Positions 11,570 through 23,253 of a stretch of 64,000 nucleotides of DNA are shown piece by piece (positions within the stretch are counted from its first letter, which is position 1; every line of letters starts with the position of its first letter). The translations under genes and the position numbers were made by a program. Under the pieces are notes generated by a model, which was not told where the DNA came from, searched no databases, and worked only from the letters and a program-made list of their open reading frames with translations. The DNA is from Ascoidea asiatica JCM 7603 (taxonomy: Eukaryota > Fungi > Ascomycota): contig BCKQ01000003.1 of the NCBI GenBank assembly GCA_001600695.1, positions 1,121,062 to 1,185,061 of the forward strand. The letters are read 5' to 3'.

Positions 11570-14125
11570 ATGGTATCAATATGGGTATTAATTTCATATA
11601 TTTTAATATATTTATCAAATTTTATAAATGCTGAAAAATATATTCAAACTTCTTCTTTATTAACTTGTATGGAAGATTCTGCTTTCACCGCAAGTTTCTT
11701 TGAAGTTACTTTTTATCCAGATAATAATTCTGTAACTTTTGATATATCTGCAATTACAACAATTAATGATTATGTTAATGTTCATTTTCAATTACTTGTT
11801 TATGGTATAAGTGCTTTATCTGAAAATATTTCTCTTTGTAGTGTTTCAAGTTTATCAAGTCAATTATGTCCAATTTCTTCTGGAAAAATTGATGTTTCTT
11901 CTTCTTATGATATATCTTCAAGTTATACTTCTTCAATTCCAAGTATTGCATATACTGTACCTGATTTAGATGCTCGTGTTAGAGTCTTAGTTACAACTAA
12001 TAGTTCAACAAATGCAACTGATTTAGCTTGTGTTGAAGCAATTTTAACAAATGGTAAAACTGTTCAAACAAAATATGCTTCTTGGCCAATTGCTGCTGTT
12101 GCAGGTGTTGGTTTAATAACTTCTGGTGGAATTTCTGTAATTGGTCATTCAAATACTGCTGCTCATATTGCTTCAAATTCTTTATCACTTTTTGTTTATT
12201 TTCAAAATTTAGCAATTACTTCAATGATGGCTGTAGAAAGAGTACCTCCAATTGCTGCTGCTTGGGCTCAAAATTTTCAATGGTCAATGGGTATTATTAA
12301 AGCTAATTTTTTACAAGATATTGTTAATTGGTATGTTCAATCAACTGGTGGTTCTTCAACTTCAATTTTAAATAATAAAGATATACTTTCAATTTCTGTT
12401 CAAAAAGTTAAAAGAAATTTAAATTATTTATCAACTTCAATGTCTGGAAAATATATTCAAAATATTGTTAATAAAGCAAGAAAAAATAATTATTTATTAT
12501 CTTTTAGTAAAAGATCTGATATAGATTTTGATTATGATGATGGTCTTGATAATACTGATTTATATACAACTGATGAAAAATCTGATGATGTAACTTCAAA
12601 AATTTTAATTCTTAGAGGTATTCAACGTGTTGCATATCTTGCAAATTTAGAAATTACTGAATTTTTTTTAACTGGTATAATTTTTTTATTATTTTTTGCA
12701 ATAGTTGTTATATTTGGTTTAACATTATTTAAAGCAGTTATTGAATTTTTATTAAGATCAAATGTTATGCATTCTAGTAAATTTTCTGAATATAGAAAAC
12801 AATGGACAATTATTATTAAAGGTACTCTTTATAGATTATGGTTAATTAGTTTTCCTCAAGTTACAGTTTTATGTTTATGGGAATTAGTTGAACGTGATTC
12901 TTCTGGTTGTATAGTTATAGCTGTAATTTTATTAGTTATATTTTGTTCAGTTTTATTTCAAGCTGCAATTAGATTATTAATTTTAGGTAGAAAATCTGTT
13001 AAAGTTTATAATAATCCTGCTTATATTCTTTATGGTAATGCAAAAATTTTAAATAAATTTGGATTTTTATATGTTCAATATAGAGCAGATTGTTATTACT
13101 GGATTATGGTTAGTTTAATTTATACATTAAGCAGATCAATTTTTATCTCATTATTACAAAGTATTGGTAAAGCACAAGCTTTAGCAGTTATAATTATTGA
13201 AGTTGTTCATTTTGTTGCATTATGTTGGATTAGACCTTTTATGGATAAAAGAACTAATGTATTTAATATTTTAATCCATTTAACTACAGTTATTAATTCA
13301 GTAATGTTTTTAATTTTTTCAAATTTATTTGATCAAGCTTCTGTTGTTACTTCTGTTACTGGTGTTGTATTTTTTGTTTTGAATGCTATATTTTCATTAA
13401 TCCTTTTAATATTTACAATTGTTACATGTACATTAGCAATGATTTATAAAAATCCAGATTCTAAATATTCTCCTGTTAAAGATGATAGAGTCAGTTTTAT
13501 TCCAAAACAAGAAGGTTCAGAAGAAAGTCTGAAAAATGATACTGAATTAATGGCTTTAGGTCAAACAGCAATGAGAGGTCATCAACGTGGAGCTTCTGGT
13601 TTATCATTAACTACAACACAATCTTATACAAGTTATAAAGATGCTGCAATTCCAAGTAGAAGTGGATCATTAAATAATCCTGCAGTTCAACCAAATTCAG
13701 CTATTGGTGGAGTAACAAAACCTGGAGATATATATGGAGATTATTCATATTCCGGAGCAAAAAGTTTTGATAGTAAAACTCTGCTTACAGGAGGTAATAG
13801 TAATCCATATGAAACTACAAGCTCATATCCATATAATGCACAAGGAAATAGTGTAAATGATTTACTTTCTGGAGATAATTCAACTGGTAATTTAAACTCA
13901 AATAATTTAAATTCAAGCACCTTGAATTCAAATTCAAATTCAAATTTTAATTCCAACTCAACTTCAATTTCCAACTCAAATTCAAATTCAATTCAAAATT
14001 CAAACTCGAATTTAAATCTAAACTCAAATAATACGGGATCGAATTTTAATTCCAATACTGGTTCTAGTACAAACTTTCAAGCTACAAGTTATAGCACAAC
14101 GCCGGGCTATAGAAATGATTATTGA
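11570..14125 (+). CDS. FLC2: FLC/TRP-like ER membrane protein (flavin carrier / calcium channel family)
   Basis: TSSLLTCM..S.FTASFF.V.FYPDNN, GKTVQTKYA.WPIAA and RVPPIAAAW.QNFQWSMGII match yeast Flc2; ML-like N-terminal domain plus multiple TM helices. Confidence 0.9.
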   Translation: MVSIWVLISYILIYLSNFINAEKYIQTSSLLTCMEDSAFTASFFEVTFYPDNNSVTFDISAITTINDYVNVHFQLLVYGISALSENISLCSVSSLSSQLCPISSGKIDVSSSYDISSSYTSSIPSIAYTVPDLDARVRVLVTTNSSTNATDLACVEAILTNGKTVQTKYASWPIAAVAGVGLITSGGISVIGHSNTAAHIASNSLSLFVYFQNLAITSMMAVERVPPIAAAWAQNFQWSMGIIKANFLQDIVNWYVQSTGGSSTSILNNKDILSISVQKVKRNLNYLSTSMSGKYIQNIVNKARKNNYLLSFSKRSDIDFDYDDGLDNTDLYTTDEKSDDVTSKILILRGIQRVAYLANLEITEFFLTGIIFLLFFAIVVIFGLTLFKAVIEFLLRSNVMHSSKFSEYRKQWTIIIKGTLYRLWLISFPQVTVLCLWELVERDSSGCIVIAVILLVIFCSVLFQAAIRLLILGRKSVKVYNNPAYILYGNAKILNKFGFLYVQYRADCYYWIMVSLIYTLSRSIFISLLQSIGKAQALAVIIIEVVHFVALCWIRPFMDKRTNVFNILIHLTTVINSVMFLIFSNLFDQASVVTSVTGVVFFVLNAIFSLILLIFTIVTCTLAMIYKNPDSKYSPVKDDRVSFIPKQEGSEESLKNDTELMALGQTAMRGHQRGASGLSLTTTQSYTSYKDAAIPSRSGSLNNPAVQPNSAIGGVTKPGDIYGDYSYSGAKSFDSKTLLTGGNSNPYETTSSYPYNAQGNSVNDLLSGDNSTGNLNSNNLNSSTLNSNSNSNFNSNSTSISNSNSNSIQNSNSNLNLNSNNTGSNFNSNTGSSTNFQATSYSTTPGYRNDY

Positions 14126-14953
14126 ACAATTTTAACTACTTTTTTTTTTATTTTCTCATGAACCATATTTTTGTTCTTTTCTTTTTGTTTTTTTTTGTTT
14201 GATATTCTATAATCTTTTCAAAAGATGCTTTGAGAAAAAAAAATTCTAACACACATTTTTGTTAGTTACTTCTTTTAACTTCTTGCAATTTTTTTTTTGT
14301 TTATCATTAATAATGATAAGCCATAACAATATTATTTATATATCTATTTGTACACTTTGGGTTTCAGGATTTCATATTGTTTTTATTTCAATTATTTAGC
14401 TCTAGTTTAACTAAACATTGTATTATTTATCAACTTCACTAAAACTTGAGTCTTCAATAAATATTACTTCTTTAAAATCTACTGTCAAAAAATTGCCAAG
14501 GCACTTGGCTAAAGCAGCTTTCATAACATTAACATTACCATAATAGAAAAGTCACGTTTTAAAGTGTTGATTTTTTTTTATTTCCGGGCAATGGAGCCTT
14601 TTTTTCGCTCTACGGATTGATGGATTTAAATAAGCGGAATACCGGATTTGAAAAAAAAAAAGAGTGCTGTTATTAAATAAAAGGTGTGTGCAGCGTAAAG
14701 GAGTTTCCCTTTAAAATCTTCCCACTCTCAACGCACAGCAAATATCATCGAAGAACGAGAATCATCAAAAGAACCATCCGAAGAATCATCCGAAGATTCA
14801 TCAAAAGATCCATCAAAAGAATTATAATAATCGTTTACTCTTTTATTATTGAAAATAATCAAATCAGAAAATAGCAGCTTTAGGGTTCTTAAACTTTACG
14901 ATCAAGACAATTTTTTTTTTGGTTAGAGACAATTGTTATTGCCTTTAATTGCC

Positions 14954-17071
14954 ATGAATGGTAATATCCATCCTCCTCCTCCTCCTCAAGAAGGACTATT
15001 TAATTCATTAGAAGAAGCAAAATATTATTTGAGAGAGTATATGGATCAAACGAATACTAAAATTGTTATATATAGATCAAATAAAGATAGAGGAACTGTA
15101 AATTATAGATGTAATCTTGGAGGTGTTTATATAAACAAAAGATCATTAACTTCCGAGACGCGTAAAAGAAAATCAACAACTTCAAAAATTAATTGTGGTT
15201 TTAAACTAATAATAAAATTAGATAAATATTCTCAAAAATACAAGTTAACAGTGCTTTGTCCTGATCATTCTCATCCAGTTTTTCCTCCAGAGATATCTTC
15301 CTCAAATTCTAATTCACTTGTATGTGTTAAATATAGGAGATCAACAGAGGTCGTTGAATTTATTCACAATCTTGTTAAAGTTAAAAAGAATACCGATTTT
15401 AAGCAAATAAAATCATCTTTGTATCAACAATTTCCAAAAATTTCGATCACTGATAATGATTTAAGAACTGAATTAAATGCACTTGAAGTTTTTAATGATA
15501 ATAAAAAGGATGATTCTTTAACTTATTCCAATCAACAACAACAACTTGTAAAGCAAAATTTTTATAATAATCAAAATAATTCTAATATTTCTTCTGAAAA
15601 TATTCAACTGTTTCAAACAAATAAATTTTCCTTAAATAATCAAAATTTATCTTTCAATAATAATTTAAATCTAGAAAACGTCTCAAATCAGTATGATTCT
15701 TTTAATCTTTTACCAGAAAATGTTAATAATGATAATAGAAACACTGAACTTATTCAAGTTAATCAAAATTCTGCACCATTTTTTTCTTCCGATTCTTCAA
15801 CTGATCAATTTGCTGCAATTTCAAGAAAATTAACAAATGAGGTTGACAAATTTGTTTTCAGATTACTTCAAAATACAAAAATTAGAGATATTTCTACCAT
15901 TAGATTTCTTTTAAGTGAAAAATTTCCAAATGTAATTATAACTGATCAAGAAATCTTAGAGGAAGTTGAAGCTTGTTCAAAATTAACTCAATTTTTAGAA
16001 ATATCAAAACAAAAGTCATCTCAATCAGAAAAACAACTAAATCCAAATCAACAAATTTCATTAATAGATAATAATCAACAACTTGGAAATCAATTACAAT
16101 CCCAAAGTTCTCAAGAACCATTATTTAACTCAAATTCTGTTTCATTAAGAAATCCTTCTTCAGAACAAAATTTAAATAATTTACTTACACAATCAAATAA
16201 ATTCAATGGAAATAATTCAATTATTTCTTTCAATCAAGGCTCAATGTTACAAGACATGAATTCACCTATAATACCACAATTGAAGATTGATAATGTTCCA
16301 GACAAATATTATCAACCTGAACCTCCAAAAGAACAAGATTTTGATACCATGGAAGCAGCGAAATCATATTTAAATAATTATATGTTAGTTAGCAAAGTTG
16401 GTCTTGTTATATATAAATCTGGAAAGGATAGAGGATATGCACTTTATCGATGTGAAAGAGGTGGAACTCCTGAAAAATCAGTATCTAAAAAGACAAGAGA
16501 ACGTATGAAACTTTTAACCTCTTCGGCTGCAGAAGATACTTTACTGAGCCAAAAAAGAAGAAGACTTTCCAAGAAATTGGGCTGTAACTTTAGAGTTCAT
16601 GTTAAATTTCAAAAAAGAACTCAAAAATATCGCTTATATGTTCCATGTGCAGAACATTCTCATTCAACATTTGTAACTGATATCAAAAATCATCCAGTTT
16701 TAAGAAAAAGAACTCCAGAAGTTTATAGTTATATGAAATACTTATATTTTGATGAAAATGTTAAGAAACCTCAATTTATAAGGAGAAAATTATTAGAAAA
16801 ATTTCCATCATTAAATATAATTGATAAAGATATATACAATGACTTACGGAAAATAAAATCTGAACAAAAATTAATTGGACCGAATCCCTTGGATTTACCA
16901 AATTCCAATAATATTGGGCAAAACATAGATGATAGCTTGGCTAATCTACAAACTTTTGAATTACATTTAGGCCAATTACAGCAGACTAGCCAGGGTAGTA
17001 TGAGTGGAATTGGTTTAGATGGCAATAATTCTGCTCAGCTTATATCTCAATTCAATCAAGTTATGCCTTGA
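14954..17071 (+). CDS. Mutator/FAR1-derived transcription-factor-like protein with two WRKY-GCM1-type C2H2 domains
   Basis: Two copies of F.(S/T).E.AK.YL..Y......VIY.S.KDRG...YRC..GG...SK...C.F......K..QKY.L.V.C..HSH. First ATG at 14954 (the track starts at a TTG). No DDE domain seen. Confidence 0.8.
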   Translation: MNGNIHPPPPPQEGLFNSLEEAKYYLREYMDQTNTKIVIYRSNKDRGTVNYRCNLGGVYINKRSLTSETRKRKSTTSKINCGFKLIIKLDKYSQKYKLTVLCPDHSHPVFPPEISSSNSNSLVCVKYRRSTEVVEFIHNLVKVKKNTDFKQIKSSLYQQFPKISITDNDLRTELNALEVFNDNKKDDSLTYSNQQQQLVKQNFYNNQNNSNISSENIQLFQTNKFSLNNQNLSFNNNLNLENVSNQYDSFNLLPENVNNDNRNTELIQVNQNSAPFFSSDSSTDQFAAISRKLTNEVDKFVFRLLQNTKIRDISTIRFLLSEKFPNVIITDQEILEEVEACSKLTQFLEISKQKSSQSEKQLNPNQQISLIDNNQQLGNQLQSQSSQEPLFNSNSVSLRNPSSEQNLNNLLTQSNKFNGNNSIISFNQGSMLQDMNSPIIPQLKIDNVPDKYYQPEPPKEQDFDTMEAAKSYLNNYMLVSKVGLVIYKSGKDRGYALYRCERGGTPEKSVSKKTRERMKLLTSSAAEDTLLSQKRRRLSKKLGCNFRVHVKFQKRTQKYRLYVPCAEHSHSTFVTDIKNHPVLRKRTPEVYSYMKYLYFDENVKKPQFIRRKLLEKFPSLNIIDKDIYNDLRKIKSEQKLIGPNPLDLPNSNNIGQNIDDSLANLQTFELHLGQLQQTSQGSMSGIGLDGNNSAQLISQFNQVMP

Positions 17072-17369
17072 GGAAATTGAAACCAAGCACTCTTATCAAT
17101 TGAATTAATTTTCATTCCTCTATGCATTTTAATTTTTGTACAATAGATATATATTATACTGTATTTTTAGTAAAGTTAAACCTTCATAATTAATGAATGC
17201 TTTCCTATGGAACGAGAATATAAATGATATTACTAGAGCGGACTTCTTCCCAGATAAAAAGTCTACAAAATGGTAATCAAAAATTGGTATATTTTATTTT
17301 AAGGAAAGAAATCAAGGTACAACTAAATGAATATATGGATTATTTCATAAAAAAATATAACAAGCATGT

Positions 17370-20117
17370 TTAAGAAAGCTTTCTTTCATTAGTTTTCATT
17401 GCCCTCTTTCTATATTTAAGATTTTTTGCAGAATTCAATCTGTCAGAACTTTTTTCTTTTGAAATAAAGCGATCAAAGGGATTATTGACTTTCAAAATAT
17501 TTAGCGGAATTAAAATAGCATTACTTTTAGGTAATTTTTTCTTCAAATCCTGCTTTGATTCACTAATTATGCTTTTTATATTAGTTAATCCTCTTTTTTG
17601 CAAGTTAATAGAGGTAATATCTTCAGAAGTCTTAACTTCAGATAGAATTCGGTAATTTTTTTTAACAACAAAATTCACATCGTCTACTTTTAGGAAGTCC
17701 AAAAAATGGCAATAGCTGCATTCGTCTTCATCTTTTTCTTCTTCACAGTCATCATCATTTTCACCGTTTTCATTTTCATGAGGGTCATGTCTGTGCCTAA
17801 ATTTATGATGATGATGGTGTTTCTTGCTCTTGTTGTCTTCTTCACCTTCACAATCTTCACTATCATCATGCCATTTATCAAAAAAATGTTTATGAATATG
17901 TTTCTTTTCATCTTCTTCACCACAATCATCTTGATGATGCTTTCTTTTTTGTCCGAAATATGGATAATGAGGTTGTTTATGTCTGTGAATATTTTGATGT
18001 TTTTTCCATTTTGGATGAGCAAATAAAAGTGAATCTTGATCCATCCTTGAGGTTAAATTTTCATTAGATTCAAATTTATAATTTTCTTGATTTAAAATGT
18101 TATTATCATATTCTGCTTCTAAGTTGTCAGAGTTTTGATCCGCTTTAGAAGATGTTTGAGTTGGTTCTGCTGAATTAGCCTTTTCTTCAAATAAATTGTT
18201 CAAATGATCATGATGTGAATTTGTGTACCCTTTATTTTCGTTAGAATAAAAATCTTTATAGTATAGGTTTTTTTGATGTTTTCCATGACGGTTATTATAC
18301 TCTTCATTGTCTTCATAGTAGTTTTTATTATTTTTTTCATAAAAGTCATCATGACCACTTTCATTATCATAATAATTATTATTATTGTTTTTATTATTAT
18401 ACTCATTATCATCATTATCGTTAGCGTTTTCATTTTCATCGTCATTTTCGTCATCATCTTCATCATCCTCATCACAATCATCATAATCCTTGTAATGATG
18501 ATTAGAACAATCATCACAATCCTTTTGCTTTTTAATATGTTTTTTACATTGGTAACCTTCACAGAATTTTTTTCTCAGCTTTCTAAAAATCTCTCTTTTA
18601 TTTAGATTATTTATCTGATTTTCGGAAGTGTCTTGGACTTCTTCTATTTCAGTATCTTCATTTTGATTATCATCTTGATTTTCATATTCATTATCAAATT
18701 CTTTTTCAGTTTCACTTTCAAATTCAGTTTCATTTTCATTTTCATGTTCATGTTCATGTTCATTGTTATTATCTTTATAAGTTGAGTTAAATTGTTTATT
18801 ATCATTCATTTCTATTTTATTGGCTATAACTTCTTGAGATTGTTTTTCTTCATTTATTTGATCGAAATTTTTATTTTTGAAAAACTTTCCAGCAAATAAT
18901 GCAGGATCTATTTTAGGGTGATAATTAATGGAAGTTTTTGCTGCTGCTGTTGTTGAGTTTAAATTTTCAATTAAGGAATCTGGTTTATAATTATTTCTTT
19001 TTTGTAGATTGTTAATAGATGATCTATTAAATGAATCATATGCTGGGAATAGAGATAGATTAATATTATCATCATTAATTTTAAGACAAAAACTTTCATC
19101 TTGGGACATTACATTAATTGTACAGAAAATACTATGAATAAGTTTTGAATAATCAAGAGTTTCAGTCCAAGAATTAGCAAAATTATTGAAAAAAGATTTC
19201 AAATCATTGTCTTTATAATTGTCATTGTCATTGTCATTGTCAATCTCTTTGAAATCCGATGGAGTTTCATAATTGTTTCTATAATTATTTTCATAATGAT
19301 TTTCATTGTCTATTATTTTTAAAGACGGATTTTTATGATCGATTGAATTAATTTCTTTGAATGTGAAAACCAAAAGTGGATTGTCATTGATTAAAGATTG
19401 TTTGAATATTGGTAACTTTTCTTTTGGAAGTTTTAACATATTTTTTGCTGATTTACAATTTTTTAAAATAAAATTTATATCTAAATTTTCATTAGTTGAT
19501 TTTAAATAAGGATCAGTTAAAACTAAATAATAATCAATTAATTGATAAGAATTTGGTAATTTAAAAGGAATTGAAGTTTCTGCAAAATTTGCATAATCTA
19601 AATTATTTGAATTTTCTTTTGGAAAATTTAAAGGTTCAGTACTATTAAAAATAAAAAGGGTTGTAACATTATTTGGTATAATTATAGTTGAAAAAGAGTT
19701 TTGAATATTTGATAATTTAAATTTTTTACTATTTTTAATCAAATAATTTAAACCAATATCATTCATTAAATTTTCATTATTTAATAAATTTTTTGAAAGA
19801 ATTAAAACTTGAGAATTTGAATGATTATTTAAATCTCTTAAATTCGTAAAATCATCACCATATAAAGATGTTAACATTATTGAATTAATTTCATTTTTTA
19901 AAATTGGAGCAGGTTCATTATTACTATAATATTCAGGATAAGATTTTGAATGTAAAAATTGTGGAGATTGAGATTTTTGAAATTCTTTAAATGAAATTTC
20001 ATTTTCATTTTCATTATTTATATTGGAATTAATTTCAAATTCAAAAGAGTAAACTTCTTTTGCAATTGTTAATAGTAAAATAATGAAAAAAACAATATTT
20101 AAATGAATCGATAACAT
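17370..20117 (-). CDS. Large secreted protein with Kex2-type KR sites and His/Asp/Glu/Cys-rich segments
   Basis: 915-aa ORF with signal peptide (IVFFIILLLTIAKEVYS); LQKR, LNKR and LQKR sites; HHHHH and DC(D/E)E repeats; no TM or GPI tail. Confidence 0.75.
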   Translation of the reverse strand: MLSIHLNIVFFIILLLTIAKEVYSFEFEINSNINNENENEISFKEFQKSQSPQFLHSKSYPEYYSNNEPAPILKNEINSIMLTSLYGDDFTNLRDLNNHSNSQVLILSKNLLNNENLMNDIGLNYLIKNSKKFKLSNIQNSFSTIIIPNNVTTLFIFNSTEPLNFPKENSNNLDYANFAETSIPFKLPNSYQLIDYYLVLTDPYLKSTNENLDINFILKNCKSAKNMLKLPKEKLPIFKQSLINDNPLLVFTFKEINSIDHKNPSLKIIDNENHYENNYRNNYETPSDFKEIDNDNDNDNYKDNDLKSFFNNFANSWTETLDYSKLIHSIFCTINVMSQDESFCLKINDDNINLSLFPAYDSFNRSSINNLQKRNNYKPDSLIENLNSTTAAAKTSINYHPKIDPALFAGKFFKNKNFDQINEEKQSQEVIANKIEMNDNKQFNSTYKDNNNEHEHEHENENETEFESETEKEFDNEYENQDDNQNEDTEIEEVQDTSENQINNLNKREIFRKLRKKFCEGYQCKKHIKKQKDCDDCSNHHYKDYDDCDEDDEDDDENDDENENANDNDDNEYNNKNNNNNYYDNESGHDDFYEKNNKNYYEDNEEYNNRHGKHQKNLYYKDFYSNENKGYTNSHHDHLNNLFEEKANSAEPTQTSSKADQNSDNLEAEYDNNILNQENYKFESNENLTSRMDQDSLLFAHPKWKKHQNIHRHKQPHYPYFGQKRKHHQDDCGEEDEKKHIHKHFFDKWHDDSEDCEGEEDNKSKKHHHHHKFRHRHDPHENENGENDDDCEEEKDEDECSYCHFLDFLKVDDVNFVVKKNYRILSEVKTSEDITSINLQKRGLTNIKSIISESKQDLKKKLPKSNAILIPLNILKVNNPFDRFISKEKSSDRLNSAKNLKYRKRAMKTNERKLS

Positions 20118-20480
20118 TATTTAGATTATCAATTGATATGTTTCTCATATTACTTTGCTAAAATCTTGAATGATTGATTTTTACAAAAGTAGCTATGTTA
20201 TCAATAAAGATTTAATATTTAAAATATGATTCAAATTGATTTGATTTCAAATTCAATTTCAAAAAAGAAAACATATTTTATTAAGCGCCCATAGTATTTT
20301 ATTTTCAAAGTACCATATTTTAAACAATTTTTTTTTTACATCTCATTAGCCATTTCTATTTTGTCAAGCTAGAGTATTGTTAGAGTCAACAACGTTAACT
20401 TTCTTTCTTAGCATTAAATTGATGTTGACAGAAGGAGAATGAGCAAAATGAAAATAATTCAATGCTTTTGAATTTAACTC

Positions 20481-20489
20481 GACACAAAA
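20481..20489. promoter_or_regulatory. MSE (Ndt80)-like element
   Basis: GACACAAAA ~365 bp upstream of the 915-aa secreted protein. Confidence 0.35.
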
Positions 20490-20865
20490 GGATCCGCTGA
20501 GTGAATATAAAGAGTTGGTTAGAGTTTTTACATTAGAACTGAAATTGAAAGTGATTTTGTATTTGCAGACAAATAGAAATTAAATTGAAAAATAAATAAA
20601 TAAATAAAAAGAGAATATCTAAACAAATGTGTAATGGCTAGATATAAGCCAATTAACCATCAAGGACATACCTACCTACACAACAAAAAAAATACAATTA
20701 AAAACCACCACATACATATATAAACTCCACATAATTACAACCGCTGAATCTTAAAGCATTATATGATTAAAAACAATAAAAGCATTTGAAATATTAAGCT
20801 TTGAAATTTGATTTATTTTACTTTATTTTTTTTAGATTCCTTTAAGAATCATCTTTTTGATAGAT

Positions 20866-21969
20866 TTACTCAGTATAAATCTTAACTTTTTTCTTACCTT
20901 CGAGCATTTCTTCATCGAATACTTCAGTAAGACCACTTTCACTGATGATGAATTTCTTTGTGAATTCAGGATCTTGGGCAATAAGAGGAGGAGGAGGAGG
21001 AATGTTTGAAGAGAAATTGTTGGTGTAATTGGGGGCAGAACGAGTGCTGATGTTACGACGAGGGAGATTTGAAGGAGGAGTGAACTGAGCAGGCTCTGGG
21101 ATGATGTCCAAGCGGGAGATGTAGAAAATGGTGGCGAGAATCACAAGATCCATCAACCAGGATAAAGTGCTGACACAAACCATTCCGGTGACAGCTTTAC
21201 GGATTTGACAATAGTCGGAGGAATTGGAACAAGTTGCAGCCATTAAAATACCAACAGAAACACCAAAGGCAGCAACAGAAAGACAGAATGCAATACCACT
21301 GTAGAAAATACAACTGGCACTTTTTTCGAAGCTGATTAATCTGAATAAGAATATTAGAGAAATGGCCATGATTATAGAGGAATGAGAAATTAAGAATGCC
21401 CATGCACTTCTATTAATATCATCATCATCTTTATCTAAGTTGATTGAACATAGAATAACAATTATTATTTGGAAAATGATTTGAAAAAATTTGATTATGG
21501 AGTTGATAGTGAATGCATCTTTGGGAATACCTAATAAGGATGTAATAATTTTTGGAGTTTTGAATAAAGGATATTGATAAGTTTCATGAAGTAGCATAAT
21601 GAGAACATTATTTCTTGAATGATTTTGATCTGGTCCATTCATATTACTAAATTGATTAAAATTTGAAAATCCAATGTTTCTTTCTTCATCTATATGTCTA
21701 TCGTCTTCCATATTTTTATCATCTGAATATTCTGAAGCGTTATCGTTTTCATTATCTTCATTTTCTTCTTCTTCATTATTATTGTTACTATTAATATTAT
21801 TTTCATTTGAATTTTCTTCAATGCTTCCCATAGTTGGAGGAAGTGGAATGTTATTGTCTTGAGAAACTATAGACTGAGTAGGAGGAATATTTCCAATAGT
21901 GGTATTGGTAGCACCAGATATTACTCTATTACTATTATTCTCAAAACTAAAATCTCTATCTTTATTCAT
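20866..21969 (-). CDS. MARVEL-like four-TM membrane protein, paralog A
   Basis: Four hydrophobic helices; C-x6-C in the second loop (CSNSSDYC) followed by RKAV; TIFYISRLD shared with the neighbouring gene. Confidence 0.75.
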   Translation of the reverse strand: MNKDRDFSFENNSNRVISGATNTTIGNIPPTQSIVSQDNNIPLPPTMGSIEENSNENNINSNNNNEEEENEDNENDNASEYSDDKNMEDDRHIDEERNIGFSNFNQFSNMNGPDQNHSRNNVLIMLLHETYQYPLFKTPKIITSLLGIPKDAFTINSIIKFFQIIFQIIIVILCSINLDKDDDDINRSAWAFLISHSSIIMAISLIFLFRLISFEKSASCIFYSGIAFCLSVAAFGVSVGILMAATCSNSSDYCQIRKAVTGMVCVSTLSWLMDLVILATIFYISRLDIIPEPAQFTPPSNLPRRNISTRSAPNYTNNFSSNIPPPPPLIAQDPEFTKKFIISESGLTEVFDEEMLEGKKKVKIYTE

Positions 21970-23253
21970 CTTGTCTTTTCTTTTTGTTTCTAATATTATA
22001 AATTAATACAAATTTAATTAAGAGATAACTTTATTATATTCACTAATAAAACAATAAATACTTTATAATAAATGCTGAATTAAAGTGATTAAAATGGACA
22101 AATTAAAAAGAAAAAGGAATAGTGCTGAGCAAAGTATTATATATCCAACCAGCATTCATCTGACGATGTTATAACTTTGAAAATAATTTTAAAATTTAAC
22201 TTTTACTTACAATCTTAAAAAAGAATAATATTTACCTAAAAGATATAAAATGCCTAAAGTAATTAAACTATTATTATTGTTTTCTAAAACATTCTGGATA
22301 TATGTATCAGTCGAAGTAATCTAATTACATTTTTAAAAGACTGAGATTTATTAACGTTAGTATTGTAAATATTTGAAATTATATCCAGGAATTGAATGAA
22401 ATTGAATGGATATGAATAGATCTGGTTTTCATCATATCATTTCACTTCGTATTCATAATGATATCTTTGATTATTCCAAAGTACAGTATCTCGTCTAATA
22501 ACTAAACACTAATAATTTCTAATAATTACCATAATTTTCAGGTTTATGCCCTTAAAATGAAAAATTAATAAAAAAAATTTAAAAATATCAAAGCTTTATT
22601 TTCTTTTATCTTATCGTTTGGTGGTGGAATTAAAAGACCCACATAGGTGGTACTCAACTAAACCATCTCGTCTAATCGCTATGCTTAAAACCTGCTTAAG
22701 GCCGCATTCCATATAAAAGTATTTTCCAAGATTTATTTTGGTTTCTGATTCTTAAGTTTACACTGACAATAAAATTAATAATACTACTACTAATAATAAC
22801 ACTAAGACTAATCTCAATAAAAAATATAATAAAAAAAAATATATTGAATATGGATTAGGCAAATTACGCTACAGCATAATTATTTGTTTACTGTGAATGT
22901 TCTATATCTTTTATTTTACCTGATACTCTTCCAATGCCAACCAATGCTATGGAGTAACTTAATCTCGTTTATTCATATTGTTTAAAGTCATCCAGCTTAT
23001 ATTCTACCTTTTATAACTAGAATTGTTTCCTGTTTTTAAATTGATTTTGAATTCTGTTTTGCCTTTTCTTTTTTTTTTTCTCTCTTCTTATTTAAATAAA
23101 GTATTTGATTTTGATTTCATAATAGTTCAAAAACCAGCATTTTCTATTATCAATTTAATATAAAAAAAAGAAAGATTTTAAAAGTTGAAATATTTTTAAA
23201 ACAGGATTTTGTATATAATATAATATATTATAATAAAATAATAGAAATTGAAT

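Noticed and set aside
13529-13531. In-frame CTG codons as evidence for an alternative (CUG-Ser) genetic code
   Set aside because: The few CTGs I saw fall in unconserved regions, and their rarity is expected from AT bias; genome-wide alignment is needed to decide.
17690-18605. Several 100-120 aa hydrophobic or Met/Ile-rich ORFs overlapping the 915-aa gene
   Set aside because: Alternative-frame shadows of GAT/AAT/CAT repeats in the real CDS.
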